Assembly: GCA_963701095.1 (NCBI GenBank)
Contig: OY969564.1
Span: forward strand, 768,001-832,000
DNA: 64,000 nt
DNA from: an uncultured Methanoregulaceae archaeon
Lineage (GTDB): Archaea > Halobacteriota > Methanomicrobia > Methanomicrobiales > Methanospirillaceae
Reading direction: 5' to 3'
The notes beneath the pieces are model-generated. The model saw only the letters and a program-made list of their open reading frames with translations. It was not told the DNA's origin and searched no databases. The number at the start of each line of letters is the position of its first letter. Within the stretch, counting starts at the first letter, position 1. The position numbers were made by a program, and so were the translations under genes. Of this stretch, positions 20,755 through 30,906 are shown piece after piece.

Positions 20755-21199
20755 GAAAACCAGTGGCGCCCCAGTCCTCAGGCCGGTAAGCACGGGAACG
20801 GGGAACGCCAGTACCCAATCGGAACCGCAGAAGAAAAAGATTGGTGATGCTTGCACGCAGGGCATGTGCCCGGATTGTGGCAGCCCGCTCCGGTTTGGCA
20901 GCCGGGGAAGTGAGAATGACTATTACTGGTGCTCAAATGATGCCTGCCCGGGATTCCAGGGACCGTACCTGTTTCCACTCTATTACGTGATGCAGATACC
21001 CGATTGTCTCCCTGGAGTCATTGATAACGATTCAATTATCGCTGAACTCAAAGAAGGACACGCGATCCAGTCTCTAGCGCTCCGGTGTCCCTGCGCAAGT
21101 GATACAAACAGTATGCCCGGACTACCGGACCTGCAATGTCCCTATTGTGATGGCGACGGTAAACTCTCGTACACGCTGGAGGAGGTCGAGTTCCTGTGA
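20723..21199 (+). CDS. Zinc-finger viral protein
   Basis: CPDC..CSNDAC and CPC..CPYC. Confidence 0.55.
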   Translation: MANVNARLPLKKTSGAPVLRPVSTGTGNASTQSEPQKKKIGDACTQGMCPDCGSPLRFGSRGSENDYYWCSNDACPGFQGPYLFPLYYVMQIPDCLPGVIDNDSIIAELKEGHAIQSLALRCPCASDTNSMPGLPDLQCPYCDGDGKLSYTLEEVEFL

Positions 21200-21465
21200 A
21201 GTCCGTTTCTCTTGCCCCGGAAGATTCACTCCATATAATCGCGGTTTTTGGTGATCTGGTTGTTGCAGGATATTTCGAACAAGGCGTTTGGCATGACGTT
21301 ACCTTCACGAAATACTTACAGATCTGCGTAGAATCCAACACTCCACCGGAATACCTCAAGCCGGTAAAAGGGTTTTCCGGGATCCGGTTTATCGTGCCAG
21401 CCAAAGATAAGGGGGAGTTTCTGGCGACCCTGGCCATCCCGGTGTTCAATGGGGGGCGACCATGA
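21196..21465 (+). CDS. Viral hypothetical protein
   Basis: GTGA/ATGA coupling with both neighbours. Confidence 0.55.
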   Translation: MKSVSLAPEDSLHIIAVFGDLVVAGYFEQGVWHDVTFTKYLQICVESNTPPEYLKPVKGFSGIRFIVPAKDKGEFLATLAIPVFNGGRP

Positions 21466-22306
21466 CCGAGGCCCTCACTACCCTTTCAAAGATTTTTGAG
21501 GGAAAAGAGATTCGCGTAATCGAGAAAAATGGGGAGGTATGGCTCAGGCTTGATGATCTCGCAGGTGCATGGGGGATTGATCGGACAACCCCCCAGAAGA
21601 TTATCTCACGCAATGAGGAGGTTTTTGAGGGGCTACATTTGTCTGTAGCCGTCGGGGATGTTACGTCACCCGACGTGTGGAATTGCGTGAATGAGCGGGG
21701 TCTCTACCTTATTATGGGGAAAATATCAGCTTCAAGACTCAAAAACAAGGAGTCCCGTGCCGCCATCATTCGCTTCCAACGCTGGGTACCTGAGCTGATC
21801 CAGCAGTACCGGAAAAAGGAAATCGTGCAGGCCAAACAACCGTCTCTTGATGCGGAACTCACCGAAGCGATCCATATCGCCGAGGTGTGTAAAAAATCTC
21901 CCGATCCATTTCTCTCAGCTGTTCTCGAAAAATACGGGAAAAAGCATCTCGCCGTGAAACTCGAGACCCGGCTCTTGCGGTCGTTCATGGTGAACCCGGC
22001 TGGTTCAACGTTTCCCAGCTGGTAGCGATGTGCAATGACCCACTCCTGAATGCAGAACGGCTGAATTATTACCTGTGGAACAATCCCAAAGATCCACAGC
22101 GCCGGCCGTACCAGTACCGGGATATGAATAAACTCTGGCGGTTGACATTACTTGGCCGGGAGCATGGCGAGGAATATCTCTATACCACCCCCTCAAAGCA
22201 CCAGGAGATCAGGATCCGGTGGCGGGAATCAATCCTGTATGCAAGCGGGCTCAAGCAGCAGATAGCGAACGATCAATTGGCATTACAGGGGAAAGCGGGG
22301 GCGTGA
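21462..22306 (+). CDS. Bro-N domain antirepressor-like protein, frameshifted near 21968
   Basis: FEGKEIRVI..VW..NERGLY..FQRWV; the alternative frame PALAVVHGEPGWFNVSQL runs into ORF 22028-22306. Confidence 0.7.
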
Positions 22307-22370
22307 CTGGCATGGGAAAACACAAGCGATTCATAGCGAAGGCTCTACCGGCCCTGTTCCGAGGTGCAAC

Positions 22371-23036
22371 ATGAGAGCACAGTATTGCCGGGAGCATATT
22401 GACAAAGTAGCTGAAGAGTGCGGCATCAGCGAAGAGTACGTTTCGGATGTAAAGAAAGCCGCCAGGTTTTGTTCAGTGGCAGGAGAATTCTCCGACTGCG
22501 CTACCAGCGCAATTCTGGCTTTGATTAACGTTTCGGATGATTTGGTGAGAGATAAAGCCATATCGTCCGTGTCAAATTCGTTGAAATCATCAAAACACCC
22601 TCTGACCGGGCAGTTCCTGAAAGAGCGAAAATTGCCAGAAAAGACTATCAAAAAGGTGATACGGAATATCGAGCGGGAAGTCCGGGGCGAGCTGACAAAG
22701 ACCTACGAGAAAGAGCGGCAACCTGCACCGGAAACACCAAAAGAACCTGAAAAAGAGCATATTGTTGAGGCACAGACCGGGTTCACGACCGCGGCAAGAA
22801 TGAATGACGGTCTTGGTAATTCCTTCACCCGGGGAAATCCGCTCAAAATCACCCCGGTTCAACTGACCAAACAACAGGCAGAATCCGTGATAACTTCCGT
22901 TGTCCGGGGTCACTGGACGGATAAAGATCGAGCCGCCCTTGACGATCTCCGCAAGAACGGCGAGCTTGGCGAGACAGATCACGATATCCTTTACAATGCA
23001 ATGTGGGCTTGCCATGATCGGTTGGAGGGTGCGTGA
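22371..23036 (+). CDS. Viral hypothetical, possibly DNA-binding protein
   Basis: 221 aa; HTH-like VAEECGISEEYVS. Confidence 0.5.
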   Translation: MRAQYCREHIDKVAEECGISEEYVSDVKKAARFCSVAGEFSDCATSAILALINVSDDLVRDKAISSVSNSLKSSKHPLTGQFLKERKLPEKTIKKVIRNIEREVRGELTKTYEKERQPAPETPKEPEKEHIVEAQTGFTTAARMNDGLGNSFTRGNPLKITPVQLTKQQAESVITSVVRGHWTDKDRAALDDLRKNGELGETDHDILYNAMWACHDRLEGA

Positions 23037-23300
23037 TGGCCGAACACAAAAAAGGTCACAAGGGTACGGTATCGACCCTCCGCTACAACCGGCAACGGCG
23101 GAGGATAAAGAAAGGACTGGAAAAACCGATTGAGTATACTACGACAGTAGAAGAAGCAGCTCTCGCGTTGGTGATGTGATTTTGTCGCATCTACCTACCT
23201 ACCTCAGCGTACCGTCCGGTTATGTTATGTTATGTAACATAATCCGAAGTTCGGATTTTGGCATTAAGTCAATTTCAGAGTTCCACTCGCTACTAAGGGG

Positions 23301-23768
23301 TTGGGATCTTTGAGGAAGAACCACACCGTCAGTCTCGAAGAGGAAGATGTGCAACTTGCGCAAGCACTCGGTCTGACCAATCTTTCCGATTATGTCCGGA
23401 GTGCAATCTCGTATTTCATTTCTGGTTCAGATCGGGAACTCACCCCCTCCGAGATCCGCGAACTCTCAAAGAAACTCGCTCTGGAAAAGCGAGCAGAACT
23501 CCAAAAACAACAGAAAATCACCGGCCAGTCCGATGAAGAAAAAAAGAAGATCGAAGATCTCCGGGCAAAGCGGCTTGCAAAGATTATCGAGTCGGTGAAA
23601 ATTGAATCTTCTAGGGTCGGGTTCGACCGATTCAAACGATACCTGGACGACCCTCATGGTGACTATGTTGCGATCCAAGACGACATTATAGCAGCAGTCT
23701 CGAATAGCGCCGGTTTCCCGGTGGATCTCGCAGATGTAATCACGGCGTTCAGGCAGGTGTCGGCATGA
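23301..23768 (+). CDS. Viral protein with an RHH-like N-terminus
   Basis: HTVSL..NLSDYVRSAI; coiled-coil middle. Confidence 0.55.
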   Translation: MGSLRKNHTVSLEEEDVQLAQALGLTNLSDYVRSAISYFISGSDRELTPSEIRELSKKLALEKRAELQKQQKITGQSDEEKKKIEDLRAKRLAKIIESVKIESSRVGFDRFKRYLDDPHGDYVAIQDDIIAAVSNSAGFPVDLADVITAFRQVSA

Positions 23769-24202
23769 ATTCCAACGGTGGTCCCCGGATTAAGAACGCA
23801 AAGAAAACCGTTGTCGATAAAATCACTTTTGCGTCACGGATGGAAGCCCGGAGATATATTGAGCTCAAGAAGCTGAAAGCGGCCGGGGTCGTGACCAGGA
23901 TCGAGTGCCAACCGGCATTTGTGCTGCAACCTGCGTACCGGAAATGCTGCGACGTGAAATATGATGCCGAAATGACGCCGTTTCTCTATAAAAAAGGTAT
24001 CTGTGAGGTATGCGGGAAGAAGATGTCCGTGGTCAAGGCGATCCGGTATGTTGCCGATTTCCGTGTCACGTATGCAGATGGTCATTTTGAGGTAGAGGAA
24101 GTGAAAGGGTATGCCCAGGAAGTTTGGAAAATTAAGAAGAAAATTTTCGAATTCCGGTACCCGGAGATCACGCTTAAGGTCGTAAAGAAGGTGAGACGAT
24201 AA
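23765..24202 (+). CDS. DUF1064-family endonuclease (putative resolvase)
   Basis: ITFASRMEARRY..LK..QPAF.LQ..YVADF..EEVKG..KKKIF. Confidence 0.85.
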   Translation: MNSNGGPRIKNAKKTVVDKITFASRMEARRYIELKKLKAAGVVTRIECQPAFVLQPAYRKCCDVKYDAEMTPFLYKKGICEVCGKKMSVVKAIRYVADFRVTYADGHFEVEEVKGYAQEVWKIKKKIFEFRYPEITLKVVKKVRR

Positions 24203-24218
24203 CTCATATTTGTACTAA

Positions 24219-24548
24219 ATGCGAACTCCCGGTAACAGTTCCCGTACCGGAGACATGGTCGCGAAAATATCCGGAACTAGCGGGGTTGTGCATCTATTGT
24301 TTTGCGGAATGGCAACGGGAGCATTTAGGGGATGGAAAATGAAGGACGGGGTTATACAAATACACGAAACAACGCTCCCCTATCTGGATTTTATTGAAGA
24401 GATCCTTCTTGAGGAGCTTATCAAGCAAGGCCGGGCGGAAATCATACGCAATGGGGTTACGCATGAAAAAAATTCATCCTTTGTATCCCCTCTGTCCTCT
24501 GTGGGATACCGGGGTGTCCTTGTTAATAGGGAGCGAGTAAATCCATGA
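24219..24548 (+). CDS. Viral hypothetical protein (start uncertain)
   Basis: ORF in the co-oriented early block. Confidence 0.4.
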   Translation: MRTPGNSSRTGDMVAKISGTSGVVHLLFCGMATGAFRGWKMKDGVIQIHETTLPYLDFIEEILLEELIKQGRAEIIRNGVTHEKNSSFVSPLSSVGYRGVLVNRERVNP

Positions 24549-24772
24549 ACAAGAAACGGGAACCGTTCTGGGGCACAACCTCTCATGCCACTCTCATCCA
24601 TTTGTTTGTATGGGACTCGGACCGCCAGAAAATGGTTCAAGCTTGTAGATTACACCAGTTGAGTCGTATATTACCAAAGCGAGTGTGGCCGGTAGAGGGG
24701 GTTTCGATCGATCATCCGGCAATTTGCCCAAGCTGCGTTAGGCGGGCTAATGTTTATCTAAACAAGCTCTAA
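24545..24772 (+). CDS. Small Cys/His viral protein
   Basis: ATG overlap with the upstream ORF; CPSC motif. Confidence 0.45.
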   Translation: MNKKREPFWGTTSHATLIHLFVWDSDRQKMVQACRLHQLSRILPKRVWPVEGVSIDHPAICPSCVRRANVYLNKL

Positions 24773-24950
24773 AATCTAGAAAGCAGTTTTGTGGGAACGC
24801 ATTGTTTTAAAAATTCTTATAATTCTTTTTCTCTTTTGACAAGTCAACAGAACTATTTAACGATTGATATAAATGTTTAAATAGGCCAATATTGGCATAA
24901 AGACAAAAAGTCTCAAAATGAGACTTACGATTTAAATCGAAAATGGTGAA

Positions 24951-26054
24951 TTGGTGATTGGCATGGAGAAAGAATTATGCGATGACAATACTTTCGAAAA
25001 AATTGAATCGGAAGAAAAGGATGAAGAAGAAGATACCGCAAGATATGAAATAATATCATATGGTGCGGATTTCACTCTTTCCGTTTACTATACTAAAATT
25101 GAAAGTGAAGAGATTCTTGTTCCAAAATTTCAAAGGCGATATGTTTGGAGTATTAAACAAGCAAGTCGGTTAATTGAGAGTTTTTTATTAGGTCTTCCTG
25201 TGCCAGGAATTTTTTTATCTAAAGAAAAGAATAGTGGAAATCTTTTAGTTATAGATGGCCAACAACGTCTCGTCACCTGCCAAAGTTTTCGTGATGGAAT
25301 CTTCCCAAATACAATTAAACCTTTTTTATTAGAAGAAGTTAAGTCTCAGTGGGTGGGAAAAAAATATACAGATTTAGATCCTGTTGATAGAAAGCGATTT
25401 GACGATTCTGTTCTCCGTGCAACAATAATTCAACAGATTAAGCCTCAAGATCAAAAAAGCATTTATCATATTTTCCAAAGACTAAATACTGGAGGAACTC
25501 CCCTATCTAACCAAGAAATTCGTAATTGCTTATACCAAGGAAAATTCAATATTTTGCTCAATGAAATGAATAATCACCCAATATGGAGAACTCTATATCG
25601 CAGTAAAGAATTTAATAAGAGGAAGAAAGATGAAGAATTAATTCTCCGTTTTTTTGCGTTATATTATAATTTTGAAAAATATACTAAACCGATGAATGAG
25701 TTCTTATCGACATATATGGAAGATACACAAATGGAGTATCCTCGTGATGAAAATCAAAAATTATTAAGTGAAATGAAGGAAATTTTCATCAGTACTATTA
25801 GTATAATAAATACAAAAATCGGCCCTCAGGCCTTCCGTCCTAAGGGCAACATCAATACTGCCGCTTTTGATTCAATAATGTATGTCGTTGCTAAAAATAA
25901 AGAGAATTTAAATGAAAAGTTGGATAAATGTGTGATTGAGTTATTTAAAGATCAAGAATACATCAAAGCCATCACAGTTGGAACAACTGATCCTGAATCA
26001 ATTAAAAAAAGAATTGAGGTAACAACAAAATATTTTGTGAAAAAAAATGAATAG
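24951..26054 (+). CDS. DUF262 (ParB/Srx-like, GmrS-type) protein
   Basis: PKFQRRYVW, LIESFLLGLPVP, VIDGQQRL, IFQRLNTGG. Confidence 0.9.
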   Translation: MVIGMEKELCDDNTFEKIESEEKDEEEDTARYEIISYGADFTLSVYYTKIESEEILVPKFQRRYVWSIKQASRLIESFLLGLPVPGIFLSKEKNSGNLLVIDGQQRLVTCQSFRDGIFPNTIKPFLLEEVKSQWVGKKYTDLDPVDRKRFDDSVLRATIIQQIKPQDQKSIYHIFQRLNTGGTPLSNQEIRNCLYQGKFNILLNEMNNHPIWRTLYRSKEFNKRKKDEELILRFFALYYNFEKYTKPMNEFLSTYMEDTQMEYPRDENQKLLSEMKEIFISTISIINTKIGPQAFRPKGNINTAAFDSIMYVVAKNKENLNEKLDKCVIELFKDQEYIKAITVGTTDPESIKKRIEVTTKYFVKKNE

Positions 26055-26068
26055 ACTTATATGCTCAA

Positions 26069-26515
26069 GTGAAAATTGATTTTTTAGATTTCGTTTTCAA
26101 TGAGATTGATAAAAAAATAACTGATTCTCAAGTGCAAAGCTATCTCACTCAATATTTATCGGTATTAATTTGTGGGGTCTATGAAGATATTATCGAGAAT
26201 TTGCTTTTTGAATTTGTTAAAAAAGATCCTATATCAGTAGAGACATTGAATTTTATTTTTAATTCTATCGATAAAGGATTTCGGAATCCGAATTCAGGAA
26301 ATATTAAGAGCATGATGAGGAATTTTAATCCTCCTTGGGTAGATCAATTGAATCTAGTTGTCACAAGATCAGAATGGGATGCGTTGGAAAGTGTTGTAGC
26401 GAATAAAAATAAAATTGCACATGGAGAGTCATCGACTATAACATATGTTTTAATCAAACAATACTATACAGAATCCAAGAAAGTAATAATCGCTCTGGAT
26501 TCAATAATTGTGTAA
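26069..26515 (+). CDS. HEPN-domain protein (MAE_28990/RiboL-PSP-like)
   Basis: GVYED..FRNP..KNKIAHG (Rx4H-like with R replaced by K); coupled to DUF262. Confidence 0.7.
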   Translation: MKIDFLDFVFNEIDKKITDSQVQSYLTQYLSVLICGVYEDIIENLLFEFVKKDPISVETLNFIFNSIDKGFRNPNSGNIKSMMRNFNPPWVDQLNLVVTRSEWDALESVVANKNKIAHGESSTITYVLIKQYYTESKKVIIALDSIIV

Positions 26516-26596
26516 CATCAATTAGATATTCTTAAATTATTACAGTCTTTTTCCCATCCGAATCTCAAATCGGTGACCTGCCGCACTTAATACATA

Positions 26597-27286
26597 TCAC
26601 TGACCACCATTTTTAATTTCTATGACTTCCTTTTTTGGAAGTATTTCTATTACATAAGTAGAATTTTTTCTCTTCTGACCATCTTCACTAATAGTATTTT
26701 TAGCTGATTCACATGCTATTGCTGCTTTTTCGAGTAAATCCTTGCATGTATCATTAGCATTGTAGATTGTAACTCCACAACAGATTGTAATTCCACTTAA
26801 TACCATTTTTTTAGGCTTATCTATAATAAAGTTCCATTTTTCAACATTTTCCCTAAGACGTTCTGCAAATTGTCGTCCATGTTCGACATCGATACCTAAA
26901 TGTGACACTACTAAAAATTCATCACCGCCACAATAGAATATATAATCTTTTTCACGAATATTGAACACACTTTTCATTTGTCCAATAATCTGATCTCCAA
27001 CTTCATGATTTGAATCATAAATTTGTTTAAAATTATCTATATCAATGAGTATTACAACGAATGGTTGATTTGTTATTTGCGATTCTTGAATCTGATTATT
27101 AATTACCTCAAGAATTTGTTCTTTACTTAAGAGACCAGTATGGTTATCAATTTTATACGAATCTTCATTTATTACCCCATCTATTTTTTCATCAGTTTTT
27201 CGAGCTTGAATTAACGTGATAATCGCTATAATGACCGCTATAATAATTCCAATTATGGCCCAATAAGCGGTCTCAGAAATTTCCAT
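26597..27286 (-). CDS. Membrane-anchored GGDEF (diguanylate cyclase) protein
   Basis: N-terminal TM, DNHTGL, LIDIDNFK, H.VGD, intact GGDEF. Confidence 0.88.
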   Translation of the reverse strand: MEISETAYWAIIGIIIAVIIAIITLIQARKTDEKIDGVINEDSYKIDNHTGLLSKEQILEVINNQIQESQITNQPFVVILIDIDNFKQIYDSNHEVGDQIIGQMKSVFNIREKDYIFYCGGDEFLVVSHLGIDVEHGRQFAERLRENVEKWNFIIDKPKKMVLSGITICCGVTIYNANDTCKDLLEKAAIACESAKNTISEDGQKRKNSTYVIEILPKKEVIEIKNGGQ

Positions 27287-27468
27287 TAATATATTAATTT
27301 TTACTGCACAAAATGATAAATATCTATCTCTTATAAAATTTTTCTGTCAAAATATATTAATTAAAACCAGTTCAATTCCTTCAAATCGTGCTTGAAAAAA
27401 TCTGTTTATCTGAGTCAATATCAGACGCTCTTTTGTAATGTGCCAGCATCGGCACGGAGTATTTTCTC

Positions 27469-27978
27469 ATGACAAACCCGATTGCAACGCCCACAGGGCT
27501 CTATAAGGCCGGCCCGGCCGGTGTCGGCGGCGAATACCAGACGCTCGACTCCATCAACCAGCACATCTTCCTCCTGAACCAGGAACACGTCGTTTACGGC
27601 CTCCAGTTTGCAGCGCCAGCCTCGGTGCCAACAAACAACGAAGGCGTCAAAGACAGTGTGATCATCGATATTGTCCTGGACGGCAACGACGCCCACACCA
27701 TCCACGACCCGCACCAGACCTACGCCTTCCTCTACAGCACGGACTATCCCTCGCAACAGAACGGCACATGGTACGGCTTCTTCCGGGTACCCAACAACAA
27801 CCCGTCGCTGATAGCTCCCGGCCCGCACCAGGTCACCGTCAAGGTCGCACCCCGGGCACCCCCACTTGCCGGTACCTCTTCCGCAAACCAGATCCTGCCG
27901 CCCCGGAACTTCTCCCCGGCAGCCGGTGGCGTCAGCAAAACGTTCGTCTACTGGATCACGGACGGCCCCATCCAGTGA
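27469..27978 (+). CDS. Viral hypothetical protein
   Basis: GC3-rich 169-aa ORF. Confidence 0.6.
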   Translation: MTNPIATPTGLYKAGPAGVGGEYQTLDSINQHIFLLNQEHVVYGLQFAAPASVPTNNEGVKDSVIIDIVLDGNDAHTIHDPHQTYAFLYSTDYPSQQNGTWYGFFRVPNNNPSLIAPGPHQVTVKVAPRAPPLAGTSSANQILPPRNFSPAAGGVSKTFVYWITDGPIQ

Positions 27979-27984
27979 GCAAAA

Positions 27985-28704
27985 ATGTCCGTCCAAACAG
28001 ACCCGGACGAAGTCCCCCAGAACGACCCGAATGCCCGGGCCGGGTACACCTTCGACCCGTACGCCGCACCGTGCCAGCAGGGAAACATCATTTCCTTTAT
28101 CCCGTTCAGCTACCGGGACGACCACATCTACCAGGACGGTTTCGATGTCGGTTTCCGTGCCCTGTCCCCTGCCGATATCCAGAAATGCCCGCCGTTCTGG
28201 ACGGATAAACAGTACGTCTGGGAAGCAGGCCAGGACGCCGGGTTCAAAGCCGGGAGGCTCTCGGATGCCGACAAAGCCCGGATATCCGCACAACCCCCGG
28301 TACTCCTCACGGTAGACCCCCGTACCGGGTACAGCATCGACCCCTGGAGCGGCCCGGAATACCTCAAAGACACGCACGATCCCCGCATCCCCTACCACAC
28401 GAAACGGCAGCAGATGGTTGCCCTTCTCGCAGCCCAGGAAGGCGCCGCTGCTCCGGATCGGGAATCCATCCCGGCCTGTCCGCCACTGTTTTCCGATGTC
28501 GAACATTACTGGGACTCTGACGCGATTGCCGGGTATGAAGCCACGCACAGCAGCACCCTCCTTCGGATGAAGGGCTTTGTGATAAACGAGTTCCTGACGA
28601 AAGCCGGGACGGGTGACTGGATGAGTATCGCGCTTAAGATCCTGTTCGGTCCGGTGGTACTGTATAGCTTTTCGACGATTCTGCACTTTGTGAACATCGC
28701 ATAA
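27985..28704 (+). CDS. Viral hypothetical protein with a C-terminal TM segment
   Basis: GC3-rich 239-aa ORF. Confidence 0.6.
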   Translation: MSVQTDPDEVPQNDPNARAGYTFDPYAAPCQQGNIISFIPFSYRDDHIYQDGFDVGFRALSPADIQKCPPFWTDKQYVWEAGQDAGFKAGRLSDADKARISAQPPVLLTVDPRTGYSIDPWSGPEYLKDTHDPRIPYHTKRQQMVALLAAQEGAAAPDRESIPACPPLFSDVEHYWDSDAIAGYEATHSSTLLRMKGFVINEFLTKAGTGDWMSIALKILFGPVVLYSFSTILHFVNIA

Positions 28705-28811
28705 TCAACTCTTTCGGGCCCGTGTTTCCCTGCCGTCTGGTCGTCCACTCCGGCACGGCAGGAAAGCTCTTCCACCTTCAGAGCGCGGTTCGATCCGCCC
28801 GGGCTCATTCC

Positions 28812-28961
28812 ATGAAAAAAATACCAGAAAGCGACTGGCAGCGAGAGATCCAGCAAGGGTGCATCGACGCCCGGCCCGTCCGGGGCGGTACCAACTGCCG
28901 GCACCCGGAGGGAACCGGCTATTGTTATTTCAAAAACTGCCCGAAGGTGAAAAACCCGTGA
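28812..28961 (+). CDS. Small Cys-rich viral protein
   Basis: MKKIPESDWQ..CID..CRH..CYFKNCP; overlaps the ParB start. Confidence 0.45.
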   Translation: MKKIPESDWQREIQQGCIDARPVRGGTNCRHPEGTGYCYFKNCPKVKNP

Positions 28962-29503
28962 GCGATATGGCATTTAAGAAAATCAACATCAGCGACCTCC
29001 ACGCAGCACCCTACAACCCGAGAAAAGACCTGCAACCGGACGATCCGGAATACCAGCAGATCAAGCGGTCGATTGAAGAGTTCGGATACGTGGATCCGGT
29101 GATCATCAACCGTGACCGGACGGTAATAGGCGGCCACCAGCGGCTCAAAGTGCTCCGGGAACTCGGCCAGGAAAAGATCGCAGTCGTGGAAATCAACCTG
29201 CCCAAAAACAAGGAAAAAGCCCTCAACGTCGCCCTCAACAAGATCAGCGGTTCCTGGGACAACGAGCGGCTCGCGGTCCTGCTCGGTGAACTGAATACCG
29301 AAGGGATGCTCGCGGTCACCGGTTTTGATGAAAAAGAATTCGAGAAGTTAACAGAGCAGCTGAAAAACGAGGGTGCAGCGAACGACATCCCCCTGAAATC
29401 AGCCTTTGAAGTTATCATCGAATGTCCCAACGAAAGCGAGCAGGAACGGACGTATAACGAGCTCATGGAGGCCGGGTATAAGTGCCGCGTTTTGACTTTA
29501 TAA
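28958..29503 (+). CDS. ParB/Srx-like phage protein
   Basis: PYNPR..IKRSIEEFGYVDPVIIN..IGGHQRL..LNVALNKISG. Confidence 0.85.
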   Translation: MSDMAFKKINISDLHAAPYNPRKDLQPDDPEYQQIKRSIEEFGYVDPVIINRDRTVIGGHQRLKVLRELGQEKIAVVEINLPKNKEKALNVALNKISGSWDNERLAVLLGELNTEGMLAVTGFDEKEFEKLTEQLKNEGAANDIPLKSAFEVIIECPNESEQERTYNELMEAGYKCRVLTL

Positions 29504-30558
29504 AGGAAATCACGGCAGCCGACACGTTCAAAGTCGAACAGGTCAAGGGCGCTTTTGACCTCCAGACATCCACCATCCAGGAACATTTTACCGGCGATAT
29601 TGCTATTGAGGGGAAAGACTGGAACATCGGTTTAATTGTCGGCCGGAGCGGGACGGGTAAAACCACGATTGCGAAAGAAATCTTTGCCGCTGACTATATC
29701 GAGCCGCATACGTACGGAACATCTGCCATCGTGAACGAGATGCCGGACGGTATCTCCTATGCAGATATAACCAGAATGTTTACTGCTGTGGGTTTTTCCT
29801 CGCCGCCGTCGTGGCTGAAACCTTATTCTGTCCTCTCAAACGGGGAGAAGATGCGGGTTGACCTTGCCCGGGCTTTATTGGAAGACCGCGACGTGATCGT
29901 GTTTGATGAGTATACGTCAGTGGTCGACCGGGACGTTGCCAAAGTGTGTTCGCTCGCGGTGAACAAAGCGATCCGGAACCAGGGTAAGAAGTTCATCGCC
30001 GTTTCCTGCCACGATGATATTACCGCATGGCTGCAACCTGATTGGCTCTACGATACCAATCAGCAGACGTTTTCCTTTCGGTCCGGACAACGCCCTGAAA
30101 TCAAGGTTGACGTGTTCGACGCCCACCGGAACGCCGGACTTTGGAACGTTTTTGGGAAGTATCACTATCTGAATACGGGCATCAAGAGAGGCACCGATAT
30201 TTTCATTGGCTGTATCAATAACGCCCCGGTCGCCTTCTGTGCCGTCCGGCATTTCCCTCATCCCAAGAATCCCCGGATCAAGATGGTGCACCGGCTGGTT
30301 GTCCTGCCGGACTACCAGGGCATCGGTATCGGTACCCGGTTCCTGGGCTTTGTTGCTGAGTTGTACACTAAAAGGCAGTTTACCGTCCACCTCGTTACTT
30401 CTCAGGTGTCGCTCATCAATTCCCTCAAAAAACACGGCTGGCACTTGGTTCATTACGGCCATTTAGCGAAAGTGAAGGGCGGCATGGAGCACCTGAAAAA
30501 GACCAACAGTAACCGCAGGATTACCGCGTCGTTTAAGTATGCCGGGAGATCGGTGTGA
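29482..30558 (+). CDS. ABC-type ATPase fused to a GNAT acetyltransferase
   Basis: Walker A GRSGTGKT, LSNGE signature, FDEYTSVVDR; GNAT motif RLVVLPDYQGIGIG. Confidence 0.85.
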   Translation: MPRFDFIKEITAADTFKVEQVKGAFDLQTSTIQEHFTGDIAIEGKDWNIGLIVGRSGTGKTTIAKEIFAADYIEPHTYGTSAIVNEMPDGISYADITRMFTAVGFSSPPSWLKPYSVLSNGEKMRVDLARALLEDRDVIVFDEYTSVVDRDVAKVCSLAVNKAIRNQGKKFIAVSCHDDITAWLQPDWLYDTNQQTFSFRSGQRPEIKVDVFDAHRNAGLWNVFGKYHYLNTGIKRGTDIFIGCINNAPVAFCAVRHFPHPKNPRIKMVHRLVVLPDYQGIGIGTRFLGFVAELYTKRQFTVHLVTSQVSLINSLKKHGWHLVHYGHLAKVKGGMEHLKKTNSNRRITASFKYAGRSV

Positions 30559-30874
30559 CCACAAAGAAATCTCCCACGGATATCAAAAAATATGGCCGGA
30601 AAAAGATACCGGTGCATGCTTGACGTTCATTTTCAAGAGCATGAGTAAAGAGATGGTCATCGCCGAAGCCGCCCGGGTCATGCTCGCCATTGAAAAGAAT
30701 ACCAGTTTGTCCCTTATCATCGAACCCTGCCCGGATTCGGATCGAGAAGGGTGGTGGCAGGTGCGGGAATGCCCGATATTTCCTATACCCCGGTACAAAT
30801 CCAAACCACACCGGAAAAGCGAGCGGAAGGTGTGGCGGGATGTGGGCCGGCCGAGACTTCGCCCGACCGTTTAA
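30539..30874 (+). CDS. Hypothetical protein (start uncertain)
   Basis: Its C-terminus GWWQVRECP..DVGRPRLR is conserved in a degenerate copy at 37.8 kb. Confidence 0.45.
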   Translation: MPGDRCDHKEISHGYQKIWPEKDTGACLTFIFKSMSKEMVIAEAARVMLAIEKNTSLSLIIEPCPDSDREGWWQVRECPIFPIPRYKSKPHRKSERKVWRDVGRPRLRPTV

Positions 30875-30906
30875 AAAATAGGGGAATGAGCTCTTGCAGA
30901 AATCCT
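30752..30906 (+). repeat. 155-bp direct repeat, copy 1 (copy 2 at 37809-37963)
   Basis: Ungapped similarity tggtggcaggtgcggg..gatgtgggccggccgagacttcgc..agaaatcct. Confidence 0.85.

Noticed and set aside
27421..28686. 421-aa minus-strand ORF
   Set aside because: Antisense shadow of two GC3-rich plus-strand genes
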